From the NCBI GenBank assembly GCA_964579205.1, contig CAZOFH010000004.1:3172-67171 (forward strand): 64,000 nucleotides of DNA. Direction: 5' to 3'. The DNA is from an uncultured Christensenella sp. Its GTDB lineage: Bacteria; Bacillota; Clostridia; Christensenellales; UBA1242. Both the position numbers and the translations under genes were made by a program. This document shows positions 49,601 through 56,782 of this stretch, piece after piece. How positions within the stretch are numbered: the first letter of the stretch is position 1; the number at the start of each line of letters is the position of its first letter. The notes beneath the pieces are model-generated. The model saw only the letters and a program-made list of their open reading frames with translations. It made no database searches and was not told where the DNA came from.

Positions 49601-52600
49601 CGTATCTGTCGCCAGATTGAACAAATGAATATGTATATCCGCTATACGCCATTTGCACAGTGATATTACTTGCGGTCAATAGTTGAGTCGTATCAAAAGT
49701 CGCATATAGCGTGAGCGTACCAGCATCTTTGCTAACGGCGAGACTGGTGACAGCACCTACTTTTTTAGCGAATACAAATGCCTTTGCATCCGTGTATGCA
49801 CTCGCCTTGAATACGCCGTTTTGCGACACGCGCACCCTGAGCGTATAATCCCCTGCTGCGGCACCGCCCATAGTGTCGCTCGTCAATACATATGTACCAC
49901 TACCGCTGACCGAGCCGAGAGTGACGACTTTTGCATATAGTGTACTGACCACATTACTGCTACTATCGCGGATTTCGACATCTATCAGGTTGTTTGAGTT
50001 TTGGTCAAGGTCAGCAATACTCAGAGTAATCGCCCCGTCCTCGACTAGACTCGTCTCTGAGAGCGATACGGTAGGAGTAGCGAGACTAGATTGGAATGAC
50101 AGTCTCACAGGTACCAGCCCACTATCAGTAAAGTTTGTCCCGTCGCCTTGTGCAGCAAAGTACAGTAGGTATGTGCCCTGCTGTCTGGTATTCATAAAGG
50201 CTAGCAGCCCATTGATGTTTTGCGAATTTTGGTCAGTCGCACTGCCAGTAGCCAAGGTCGCTGAGCCTGAATTGCCGAGGTTTATGACGATTGGAGCGCC
50301 ATTGCTATCAGCATAATACTCCCCCGACAAGGTAGACACCGTGATGAGGGCGTTTAGGCAGAGGGTCGTACTACTCGCCACGCCAGCATCGCTGACTGTC
50401 CAAATATTGTAGTCAGCAGCCGTCCACCCGAGCGAAATACTGCCGTCCTCTGCCTGAGTAGCGCTCAAGCCCGACAATTTGTCCGCAGTGATGGTGTTTT
50501 GATAATATTTCACCGTCGGCTCACTCTCTGTCCAGTCGCTGCTACCACCGCTAATAGGTAGCGCGTAAACGCTGATTTTGTAGCGCCCTGCCTCAATAAT
50601 CTGAGTCAAGTTTGCCCTCAGAGTTGTCAAATTGCTCTCATTATTCACCGTCACAGCCCAATCAGTGCCACCGTCGCCAATGCCCGCAACATTTACGCGA
50701 TAGCCACCTGCGTAGTTGCTAGTCAAAATCTCTGCATACACGCCGCTAGCATCCTTTGCAATTTCTACCACAGGTGAAGCGAGATGCCTATACATTTCCC
50801 ATGTATATTGCGCGGTAGAATTCGCTACAAAGGTCGAGCCCGAAGTCGCCACTATTGCGAATTGGTACGAGCCAAAGCCATTGTTTTTAAACAAATCTAC
50901 CGTACTTATCCGCACGACATCTTTTGAGCCCGTGCCGTCTGCCACGCTATACACTCCGAATGTGAATATTGTACCCGTGAGAGTGGTGCCGTTCTTTTTG
51001 ACACTCACCGCATAGCCTGTAGCCCCCGAGACCGCGTCCCACTGCAGGTAGGCACTATCTGCGCCCTCGACAAAATTGGTCGCTTGACTGAGCCCTGAGT
51101 GCACCTCAAAGTTTTTGAGCACTGGTGCAGACACTAGCCCTGAGGTCGAGGTCACCACCGCCTTGATAGTGTATTCGCCCGCCGAGAGCAGCCCGCCGTC
51201 AGCGATGAGGTCGTTTAGATTACGGACATTGTGACTAGAGAGTGGAGTAGCAGCCGTGATTTGCTCACGATATAGCGAGCGTTCGCCTAGCAGCACCTCC
51301 CACTCTACTTGCCTAGTGTACTCTACCGAATCAGTCGGCAAATCCAACACCAGCGTCCATACATCGTCTGTTTCAGACACGCTGAGAGTCAGTTCACTCA
51401 CCGCAAAAGCATTGGTAAACTGTGTACTCATCTCCTTGACACTTGCGACATATGCTTGTTTTTGCATATCAGAGCCGCTTACGCTCGATACACCCGCAAA
51501 AATCTTTACCGTAGTGAGCGTGTAGAGAGGTAATTCTGTACTTGTCGCCTCATAAGTTACGACTGTTTTATCCTCGCTAATAGTCATCATCTGAGGCACG
51601 CCGTCGCCAAACTGGATAGCGTATCCCGTCACAGCCGCATCAAAATGCGGTATAGACACGAGGATTTTTTGAGTCACTGCCTGATATTCAAAACTAATAT
51701 CCGCGCTCCCCAAAATGTAATAATTGTATGTATAATCCACCGATTGCGAAATATCGCTCTCGTAGTATGCACCGCTGATTTCACGACACATTACACCAAA
51801 ACGATATACCCCGGGCGTCACAAAATTCGTCAAATCCACTTGAGTAGTGGTCGCGTCGATAGTTTGCGGCTGGGTAGCCGCGCCACCGTTTACTGTGTAG
51901 AGATAGCAGCGGTAACCGATGTTTGCAGCCACAGTAGGCACAGCGTCCCACGTCACGATTAGCCTATTACTATTCGCCGCTTGAGCAAATGTAATGCTAT
52001 CGCCATCCACTGCCGCGTGCTTAAACATATCGTTGTACGTATACACCGCTGCCACACTACTGAGGATGCCTGTGTTTGATTCACTAGGCACCGCGGTAAT
52101 AGCAATGTTGTACGCCCTAGGGCTAGTCATTCCGCCCAAACGAGCATCCAATAGCCCGCCGTCACTCACCCTAGCGCCGCTAGTATAATCTGTCGGCTGC
52201 TCTATGCTAAATGCTATCCGGTCTATATTCGGATTGGTGATGACTACATCATAATGGTCAGCACCCACCGAACCTACAAAACTCAGACTCATTTCGCTAG
52301 ACCCGTCCGCAGTGTATGTGCGCGATGCCCTGATGCTATTAGGTGCTGCGAGACGCGTTTTATAATCGAATACTTGCGATACCTCTATGTCAGACTGCGC
52401 AAAGTATTGCGCCACGCTCACGCTAGGCATCGCGATGACTGTAGTCTGATACTTGCCCGCTGGTATTGGGGTAGCAGGCGTCACTGCACGCAATCTATCC
52501 GAGATGACTACAGTCTCTACACTCGCATCCACACTGAATTCTAGCACGCGCTCTTTTTGTACAGCCGCACCCCCCTCGTACTCTATTCTATACACTTGTA

Positions 52601-54032
52601 GATAGTATGAGCCTAGGTATTGCTGATACATTTGGTTGCGATTTTGCCCCGCCCAAGAGAGCGTAACCGAATCATCACTAGATATTACCGCAATGTCGCC
52701 CACGGTATTCAATTTTGTCACCGTGCTACACGCAGCACTCCAGCCAGACCATTCCGCCGAATCAACATAGCCTTGCCCCACAGCACGGACACGCGCTCGA
52801 ACATCTTGGAATGCGGACTGCATACCAGCCAACCCCAAGGTGTAGCGCAAATCTGTAATATTAGTCACAGTGTCAAAGGTCACATATTCGCCCTCGACAC
52901 CCATTCGACCTTGAAATTCGATTGTATAACTAGCCGCCTGTGCCACCCCTTGCCAAGTAGCGATTAGGTTGACACCCTCTTTGGCAATAACTATGGTCGA
53001 GCCATTTACTTTAGCCAATTTGTCTCGCACCGTGTAGTTTATCGCATTGCTCCTGAGAGAAACCGACCCCACACCCGCTTGCGGCACGCTGAGAATGTAG
53101 ATTTCGTGAGAGCCTAGCGCGCTAGTAGCAGAAAAGCGCCCCATATCAAAGACATAACTACTCAGCGGCAAAAATTCTTCGCGCTCGACATTACAGATAT
53201 TCCTACCGTCCAGCCACACCTCAAATCTTTCTACATAGTCGCTACTGATACCTTGCACCTCGTCCTTGATTACCCAAGAAATCGCACGCGATGCGCCTAT
53301 GTAGTCAGTTTCAGCAAAATGCGAGGTAATCCGTGGCGCATCAATCGAATTTGGCTTGTAATACCGCACCGAAGTACTGTACGCACTGTCCAATAGATAC
53401 GCATTGCCAATGCCTGTCACTAGGTCGGTAGCCGAAGCCTGCACCGACACATCGAACCACTGCAGGTCAGGTTTGCTAGCCAAATAATCCGACAAATCAT
53501 AGGTCGTCGCATTGCTGATATTGTAATACTGCACACCAGACATATCATCAGTCACGCACAATTTGTAACTTTTTGCCTGTGCCACCCGCCCCCAACTAAA
53601 GAGCATTTCACTCAACACCACATCGGTAGGCGTACTGAGCGTCAGGTATTTTGACTTAAACTTGGTATCTGACATCGCCGAGTGAAAACTTGCCAAACTA
53701 TGCATAGCGCGCACTGCAAAAGAGTGACTACCCACAGTCGCATATTGTGACACATCTAGCGTGGTCTCATTCGTCGTGACAGGTATCTGCCCGTCGATGA
53801 GGATATAGTAACCCACCGCTTTGTCTACCGCATCGAATGACAGTATCCAATCATCATCAATCCTCAAATTTTGTGGCGCGGGCAACTTTGTGGAAAGTTC
53901 CACATCAGGCAACTCTTTTGAATGATTGCCCAGCAGCACTATTCCACCGACCACACCACCGGTCAACAATAGCAAAACGATCACCATAACAATGGTAATC
54001 TTTGCCCCTCGCGACATTCCGTTGTGCTTCAT
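40638..54032 (-). CDS. Giant surface protein A (about 4,464 aa): N-terminal TM, FN3/Ig-like repeats, C-terminal CxxCxGxG zinc-knuckle insert
   Basis: Uninterrupted 13.4 kb ORF; GAGAGG before MKHNG at 54032; colinear paralog of giant B (e.g. NAFELFVYDTQD, TPITYYCKIKSW, KKQYAAP). Confidence 0.9.
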   Translation of the reverse strand: MKHNGMSRGAKITIVMVIVLLLLTGGVVGGIVLLGNHSKELPDVELSTKLPAPQNLRIDDDWILSFDAVDKAVGYYILIDGQIPVTTNETTLDVSQYATVGSHSFAVRAMHSLASFHSAMSDTKFKSKYLTLSTPTDVVLSEMLFSWGRVAQAKSYKLCVTDDMSGVQYYNISNATTYDLSDYLASKPDLQWFDVSVQASATDLVTGIGNAYLLDSAYSTSVRYYKPNSIDAPRITSHFAETDYIGASRAISWVIKDEVQGISSDYVERFEVWLDGRNICNVEREEFLPLSSYVFDMGRFSATSALGSHEIYILSVPQAGVGSVSLRSNAINYTVRDKLAKVNGSTIVIAKEGVNLIATWQGVAQAASYTIEFQGRMGVEGEYVTFDTVTNITDLRYTLGLAGMQSAFQDVRARVRAVGQGYVDSAEWSGWSAACSTVTKLNTVGDIAVISSDDSVTLSWAGQNRNQMYQQYLGSYYLQVYRIEYEGGAAVQKERVLEFSVDASVETVVISDRLRAVTPATPIPAGKYQTTVIAMPSVSVAQYFAQSDIEVSQVFDYKTRLAAPNSIRASRTYTADGSSEMSLSFVGSVGADHYDVVITNPNIDRIAFSIEQPTDYTSGARVSDGGLLDARLGGMTSPRAYNIAITAVPSESNTGILSSVAAVYTYNDMFKHAAVDGDSITFAQAANSNRLIVTWDAVPTVAANIGYRCYLYTVNGGAATQPQTIDATTTQVDLTNFVTPGVYRFGVMCREISGAYYESDISQSVDYTYNYYILGSADISFEYQAVTQKILVSIPHFDAAVTGYAIQFGDGVPQMMTISEDKTVVTYEATSTELPLYTLTTVKIFAGVSSVSGSDMQKQAYVASVKEMSTQFTNAFAVSELTLSVSETDDVWTLVLDLPTDSVEYTRQVEWEVLLGERSLYREQITAATPLSSHNVRNLNDLIADGGLLSAGEYTIKAVVTSTSGLVSAPVLKNFEVHSGLSQATNFVEGADSAYLQWDAVSGATGYAVSVKKNGTTLTGTIFTFGVYSVADGTGSKDVVRISTVDLFKNNGFGSYQFAIVATSGSTFVANSTAQYTWEMYRHLASPVVEIAKDASGVYAEILTSNYAGGYRVNVAGIGDGGTDWAVTVNNESNLTTLRANLTQIIEAGRYKISVYALPISGGSSDWTESEPTVKYYQNTITADKLSGLSATQAEDGSISLGWTAADYNIWTVSDAGVASSTTLCLNALITVSTLSGEYYADSNGAPIVINLGNSGSATLATGSATDQNSQNINGLLAFMNTRQQGTYLLYFAAQGDGTNFTDSGLVPVRLSFQSSLATPTVSLSETSLVEDGAITLSIADLDQNSNNLIDVEIRDSSSNVVSTLYAKVVTLGSVSGSGTYVLTSDTMGGAAAGDYTLRVRVSQNGVFKASAYTDAKAFVFAKKVGAVTSLAVSKDAGTLTLYATFDTTQLLTASNITVQMAYSGYTYSFVQSGDRYALDYSASTPQNEALRQAWFNASTTALVLNFAITVTPSNMTLPYVAQTTTIAYEVGTVAVPSNVQFTVDTADNSLTIEWDTDVNFRVAGYETTYNMTLFIESNSISHNDITLIATAAGTVATVSKKITNLTTLYNFNSNDAYLFTLRFASIEVKQGSAVVASHTTPSSVYSVYSVDAANTASVLVDYSATSQDYTLTITHDTSNGTVFAGQKYTLLIADNIIAGDITPTAGGTTTVTIDDAATKQKLKHIADQGRQPTFILKVSNAVASGGDSAFVGYKGLDITGTISQMPILIGQAPTVTIDVDTATATWAKIEYVTKYEFLLKDSSGVTKHSATVLAGSAMAVMYDFSAAWADLADGEYTVSVSVLDDASARVYADPSQAPISTVTVTKITAPTTPNSINFATGSNTKGDYMTTITWIYNENTDTNRAYDATRFEVSLTNIATGAVTILDSTRVSVMISGSSTSVYAYTIVLGGRDLTQSGYPIVGGYDPTRTMPVGEYNVGVRLLALEDDPFSIPSGVGYASKKYINKFGVAKVADDAQAFVISPECYFAIDQGKVVSTTEQAEWLAQYEDTYGFNRKYLSISTLGQDLNLATNYRVWVNGIDLGIISKMGSAIDFAAIQSNANKLSLGSIWVPGQNVIRIMPATSAENAAYYLYIDNSTHTEYELTTQQAVNALATTYNVVMYQKYSTPSDPRLNIGYDDVANHNVSRVSLTFGNAAAGYLYSVKMNYRDYYNSGAVESVLLTESVEAAQLTNVAGIGLELYDYLAHLGPHEISFEVTMVGRSGVDGAYYVESKPSTSVWFTYTTSVQEFASKSAASGERQVSKVVEIDYYNQDVTKSYMTNGHLKWDLPVNAYSNQIRYTVTMADENMRNAKPISVILNQTVADNGDRTYALIGNADNLYYIDNDYIYFDMTKYFYNDATVLGTARPADEYYLAGKYHYLIQAEALDRNGAVASGRLFDPIANYGYHEFTFANISYPIAPINVVISSAGLLSWDYASRSEDKYSTVDPVFGIRIITYKADGTRIEPDIIIDNVTNLSMDIEAYLVAGGTERNTVYVYRISPDSFFFDSDLVQAIFASDYASNRVMPSISAEWSGENTIQYSITEDASRLRKIAAELSANDSGAQFIVSVLRVETENSGSLTADMTYDDIVANDSLSCTSYTFAPIDVDVNRFVAGVSELQWQWNLLNQFNLLDEATKSLWVEDGRMIAGRYYAKISLQPTAHQYYNASTATCAHALKEMWRVTNVNDATLTGEFLTTKGRGGIAAPEGNNARDWAETDHKEAIFRFEVNSLADDEGNRHLPTSISVRAKLWNGERYTADRIFTIQYAMPDLNDLLSNPNITTITSEGGDVVVQRAASAGYYLVAIDIHKLFDYTENYASTYAGVYHIEWQIDADEVGSASDAQRSDGSAWYLYTRDVCHYTVIQTPILDYRLDVRQVGSKYAFVVNWALTPNKFSFMINDSADYNINLFAFEQQADGTYLCDTAYDSLDADGKKFFLQNENSYSSAYATSYGFVLEKSITNFGNIYTAADGRRCYVNEPTNVGMELTPNKKYKFFMFCTSKSSSSSNDPNVYYYLSSETSAPQEYQYIEVAPSFSSASITPSQTGHYVVEDESGFDRQKVYYLNASQNNNGYDNAFELFVYDTQDSAAGTNAAWMTNQEEAGTYLAHHIITTLDNETALGTVQPLYVLNNYDPHKATTLDYWRNADGTLRQIGTLKNTLYGSSKVTTIELFDLALDELLSDKTDTPITYYCKIKSWVNNTLVNEYANTDAEGNQIGLTVYGEDWLRRYITTDEDAIANYLTALAPFARELPTLDLNALNPSYYFTFQHTIQFAEPEITEIEIVNNSGATDVVGECNVEFASANSGVTSGYIAADSETNYSIILYLDNVYNADPVFTVDKYIRLNVLAYEYDSEGNIDLTTDATRSFATTLRVHYDGTRSFVVLSNASTESGARQVYLWIDENLPNKIYFNATAVMANPDQNADTSTNIGGENTVNQFILSDGSTYRMERKFAESDVGDTVSIIIKKQYAAPMISLKYDNTVSRNLVSSQYTTQQAGVESNVLSSGYYAGMALNPYLYVDGNSYGIIGAQGGENGYEYQRLSNNADTQYEVVFTYGSRQSSPYLFDTTDINATLAGFTRAVYGETNWSFDYATYQDKYPYAVACLYQKLYTFVNEGVSAGGYHGGVVSMAIRVVAPNDAQEAGYWVSSEFRENSATLSFNVRLETVQTEFDSADATIADADGQRHMATMYAQNGYYYYYQSQIPFQYKTIAKDTAYRVILSRTTGGTTLVYSYDTLAQMSDELNGKEAAHWLPTASAGSWNTGNLATILAQDLFGGNYTDAGYNQWLLGGEWQINIIAYASPSLNEALVTRGFDSNTQTYLPTLQLVNDVNAVSIRMIVNTTTGEVANLSENYQSIISYSSSVTKGGNLALSNAQFTFINTTDSVTKTATINFGNTYDPFPTRYQAVLRDFLNNNYVNNASVIGGKYSYKFKFVVGASTPNAEYLIDSDETALFDFEYYKQLRESDITTSLRATDAGVTFSGSVAKINTITGMNVGLVQRTLNTSGSAFENKIGLTTGSSDTDYTFSGLWSFDRARADCFSTTTYNSTEVTDLTQNGYVSSTNKGYLQAGVNTFRFYPVQSVTDAKYNLLRAGFYVEKTATYIVPESMGASVTLSYDTSSSGGGSYRDRNEYPHSCPTKEQITQTTPNYYDCSACGGDGKLNEYTTEARCTSCTTSPPYAGFGNWVKCSKCNGTDQIITGYKKHSGLGTYDPASGIAYAAPCDYCGGSPVSIERDCPSRPIYGNCTTCHGSSRPGEVWQLCSNCGGDGVYTKKVYDSCTTCGGDGKTDKVETVDGPNACSRCDGTGTYYTYGPWYTVHRAYYPYVTKLKTTLSNMEACTLSAEWSYGWRSGHSGSCTKSAFSKSGETTSQSTLTGGISLSGANYATLTVKIYCKPYFESCFAVPVVTKTLQADRSGEHYETYIT

Positions 54033-54102
54033 TATGCAAACCTCTCTATTTTTTGTGACAACAAATTTGCAGTCAAGTGACGACAAGTTTTATCAAATTT
54101 TA

Positions 54103-54143
54103 TTATCCACATTAATTGTACAAAAATACAAAAAAATAGTCAA
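54103..54143 (-). promoter_or_regulatory. sigmaA promoter of giant A with a downstream DnaA-box consensus
   Basis: TTGACT (54143-54138)-17 bp-TACAAT (54120-54115); TTATCCACA at 54103-54111. Confidence 0.75.
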
Positions 54144-54407
54144 ATTATTTTCCGTGGTTTGGCGGATTTTTTTAATTTTATTAAAAGTGTACTTTTTGAG
54201 GTCGCTCTAACGAGCAAATTTTTGAGCGCATCGCCCGCAACTTGGATCCCCCTAAAAATCACTCAAAACCGCCAAGCTAAAACAACAAAACAAAGCAAAA
54301 ACCTCGGCATCGACCGAGGCAAGTAAAAGTACTTTACACACTTTTTGCATAATTATGCATAAAAATTAATAAAAAACAAAAAAACTCGCCCGAGAGCGAG
54401 TCTATAA

Positions 54408-54821
54408 TTAAATCAAAAGAGCGACGATTGCGAGTATCAAAATAATCAACTGAGGCTCAAATCTTACCTGGTGATTTTTGACTATTTGAGCAATATACAA
54501 CCCCAAAGAAGCGAGCAATGTCAACCCGCCGATCCAGTAGAAAATGTACCCACAAATTGCGGCACCTACGATGACAAACAACTTGCCCAAAACGACCAAA
54601 GCAATGGTCGCAAATGCCGTAAGAATGGATAAATTACCCAAGTTGGTCCAGTCAAACTTTTTGGGTTCTTTCTCCTCAATAGGGTCCTCAATGACTACCT
54701 TTTTGTTAGCCACATTCTCCTCTCTGGCGTCGTCATCATCCATATCGTCAAAATAACTAGAATAGTAGTCGTGTTTTTTCTCTGGCTCCGTTTTCGCCTT
54801 CATTTCCTCATCAGCAAACAT
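54408..54821 (-). CDS. Hypothetical membrane protein with acidic N-terminus and three TMs
   Basis: 137-aa ORF with GGAGG RBS. Confidence 0.7.
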   Translation of the reverse strand: MFADEEMKAKTEPEKKHDYYSSYFDDMDDDDAREENVANKKVVIEDPIEEKEPKKFDWTNLGNLSILTAFATIALVVLGKLFVIVGAAICGYIFYWIGGLTLLASLGLYIAQIVKNHQVRFEPQLIILILAIVALLI

Positions 54822-54982
54822 ATTTTTCCCTCCGCTTATAATTATTACTTTTTTATTATATCATACATTGCCCCGAATTGCAATACCCTTTGTCAAAATA
54901 TTTTGCAAAAAACGCCATTTTTTGCATAAAAATCACCATTTTAAGGCAAATTTGGAGCACAAAAACTACATTTTACACCATT

Positions 54983-56050
54983 TTACCCTAGTTGCGGACG
55001 CGATTTTGTATCATCTGAGATATACCGCCACGTATTTCGCCCCACGATACCGTCAGCAGTCAAGCCATTTTCAGACTGAAATTCCTTGACCGCCTGCTCT
55101 GTTTGCGCCCCAAAAATACCATCCATAGGACCCACATTATACAGTTTGCTATACAGTTTTTTCTGTAGATATTTTACCTCGGCACCATAATTTCCTTTCT
55201 TTAACACGCGCGCGTTAGGAGTAAAATTATTGAGACTATACCACGTGCGACGCCCTACAATTCCGTCCGCATCTAGCCCGTTCGCCTGCTGAAAAGCACG
55301 CACCGCACTCTGCGTATTTCTGCCGAACACCCCGTCCACATTCCCCACCGCATAGCCGTTGATTTTTAGCAAAAACTGCAGATACCGCACAAACCGCCCA
55401 GTACTCCCCAACCTCAGTATCGGGTATACCTCGCGCGTAGGCGCACTATATGTGACGCCAAAATACTCGCATACACCTTGACACGCAGCACAACCGATAC
55501 TATTCACCCAATCAGGGTCGAGCATTAATTTTGCCTCTCGAAAATTCGTCATAAAACCACACTCCATTAGACACGCAATACAATTTACATTAGACAGCAT
55601 CCCGACATCCAGCGCCCGCACACCACGACCTCTAATTTCTACCGCGTCCAAGATATTAGAGTAGACGATTTCAGCAAAATTCCTCGACGCAGTAGCTTGA
55701 CGATTGAGTGGAGAGTAATACCCCTCGAGTCCATTGGCAGAATTAAATTCCGCACCATTGCCGTACGCATTGTATGCAAAAGTCACCACAGCATTCGCAC
55801 CCGACCGATTAACAATCGCCACACGATTTGACACGCTCAAATCTTGCCTATTTGGTTTGACATCCAGCACTCTAAAACCTATTCGATAACAATCTGCCAA
55901 AAACGCATTTTTTGCACCATAATTAAACTCATTTTCATATATTTGTCTATCAATGTACGGCATTGTAGGCGTGCGCTTACCTGCAGTCGGCGGATTGATA
56001 CCATGCTCATCATTTCCTGCTATTAGATAGTTTTGTGGATTATTAGCCAT
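54983..56050 (-). CDS. N-acetylmuramoyl-L-alanine amidase (Amidase_3) with two PG_binding_1 domains
   Basis: EHG...GKRTP...ENEFN, LMECGFMTN and two AV+.FQ..NGL.ADGIVG+.TW repeats. Confidence 0.88.
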   Translation of the reverse strand: MANNPQNYLIAGNDEHGINPPTAGKRTPTMPYIDRQIYENEFNYGAKNAFLADCYRIGFRVLDVKPNRQDLSVSNRVAIVNRSGANAVVTFAYNAYGNGAEFNSANGLEGYYSPLNRQATASRNFAEIVYSNILDAVEIRGRGVRALDVGMLSNVNCIACLMECGFMTNFREAKLMLDPDWVNSIGCAACQGVCEYFGVTYSAPTREVYPILRLGSTGRFVRYLQFLLKINGYAVGNVDGVFGRNTQSAVRAFQQANGLDADGIVGRRTWYSLNNFTPNARVLKKGNYGAEVKYLQKKLYSKLYNVGPMDGIFGAQTEQAVKEFQSENGLTADGIVGRNTWRYISDDTKSRPQLG

Positions 56051-56108
56051 TTTTTACCTCTCATCATTTTTTAGCAGTTTTATATGCGTTTTTTCTACAT
56101 TTTGTGCA

Positions 56109-56151
56109 GTACTATGCAAGTACTATGCATTGCATAGTACTTGCATAGTAC
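56109..56151. repeat. Perfect 21-bp inverted repeat made of family C units
   Basis: GTACTATGCAAGTACTATGCA-T-TGCATAGTACTTGCATAGTAC. Confidence 0.85.
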
Positions 56152-56365
56152 CCCTGTATTAGGCACTTTTGACCATTTCGTGCGTTTTTATGTGGATTTA
56201 CACCACACCCACTCACTACACAATGTTTTGCTTTTTTGATATTTAACGCGCCCTTATCACGCATCGCCAACAATAACGAAATATAATAAATAGCATTGCA
56301 CACACAAATCACTCCCTAAAAACAAAAAGAAAAAACGGGGTAATACACCCCCGTCTTGATAAAAA

Positions 56366-56719
56366 TTATTTGTCTTGGCAGCCGCAATCACAGTCATCAT
56401 CGCAGTCACAATCCTCACCGCAGCAGCAATCGCAATCATCGTACTCATCTTCATCATAGTCGCAATCGCAATCGTCATCACAGCAGCAGTCATCCCCGCC
56501 ACAGCAGCCACACCCGCAGCCAAAGTCATCCGATAGATTGTTGAGTTCCTCAAGCACTAGATTTACATCTACTCCGTGTACATCACAAGCATCCCCGAGA
56601 GCCTCTGCTTGGCTCATTGGGCAACCGCAGCAATGCATACCAAACCCCTCTAGCACAGCACGCGCATTTGGGTTGGCTGCAAGGATTTCTCCCATAGACA
56701 TATCTTCATTAAATTTCAT
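56366..56719 (-). CDS. DUF1858 domain protein with a Cys/Asp-rich tail
   Basis: FGMHCCGCPMSQAEALGDACDVHGVD signature; AGGAGG RBS. Confidence 0.88.
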   Translation of the reverse strand: MKFNEDMSMGEILAANPNARAVLEGFGMHCCGCPMSQAEALGDACDVHGVDVNLVLEELNNLSDDFGCGCGCCGGDDCCCDDDCDCDYDEDEYDDCDCCCGEDCDCDDDCDCGCQDK

Positions 56720-56782
56720 CTAATATTCCTCCTTTTGGAATATTAGTATTATACCCTATTTTGCATAAAAAATCAAGTTATT

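Noticed and set aside
25126-53000. Many plus-strand and alternate-frame ORFs within the giant genes (e.g. 28818-29666)
   Set aside because: They are shadow ORFs of long coding sequences, with no recognisable motifs or RBS.
38308-54111. oriC suggested by DnaA boxes
   Set aside because: Only one box per promoter, 16 kb apart, with no cluster and no dnaA/dnaN.
24780-54150. tRNA-integrated prophage or ICE containing the giant genes
   Set aside because: No integrase, phage or conjugation genes and no visible att repeat; the giants lie 5' of the tRNA.
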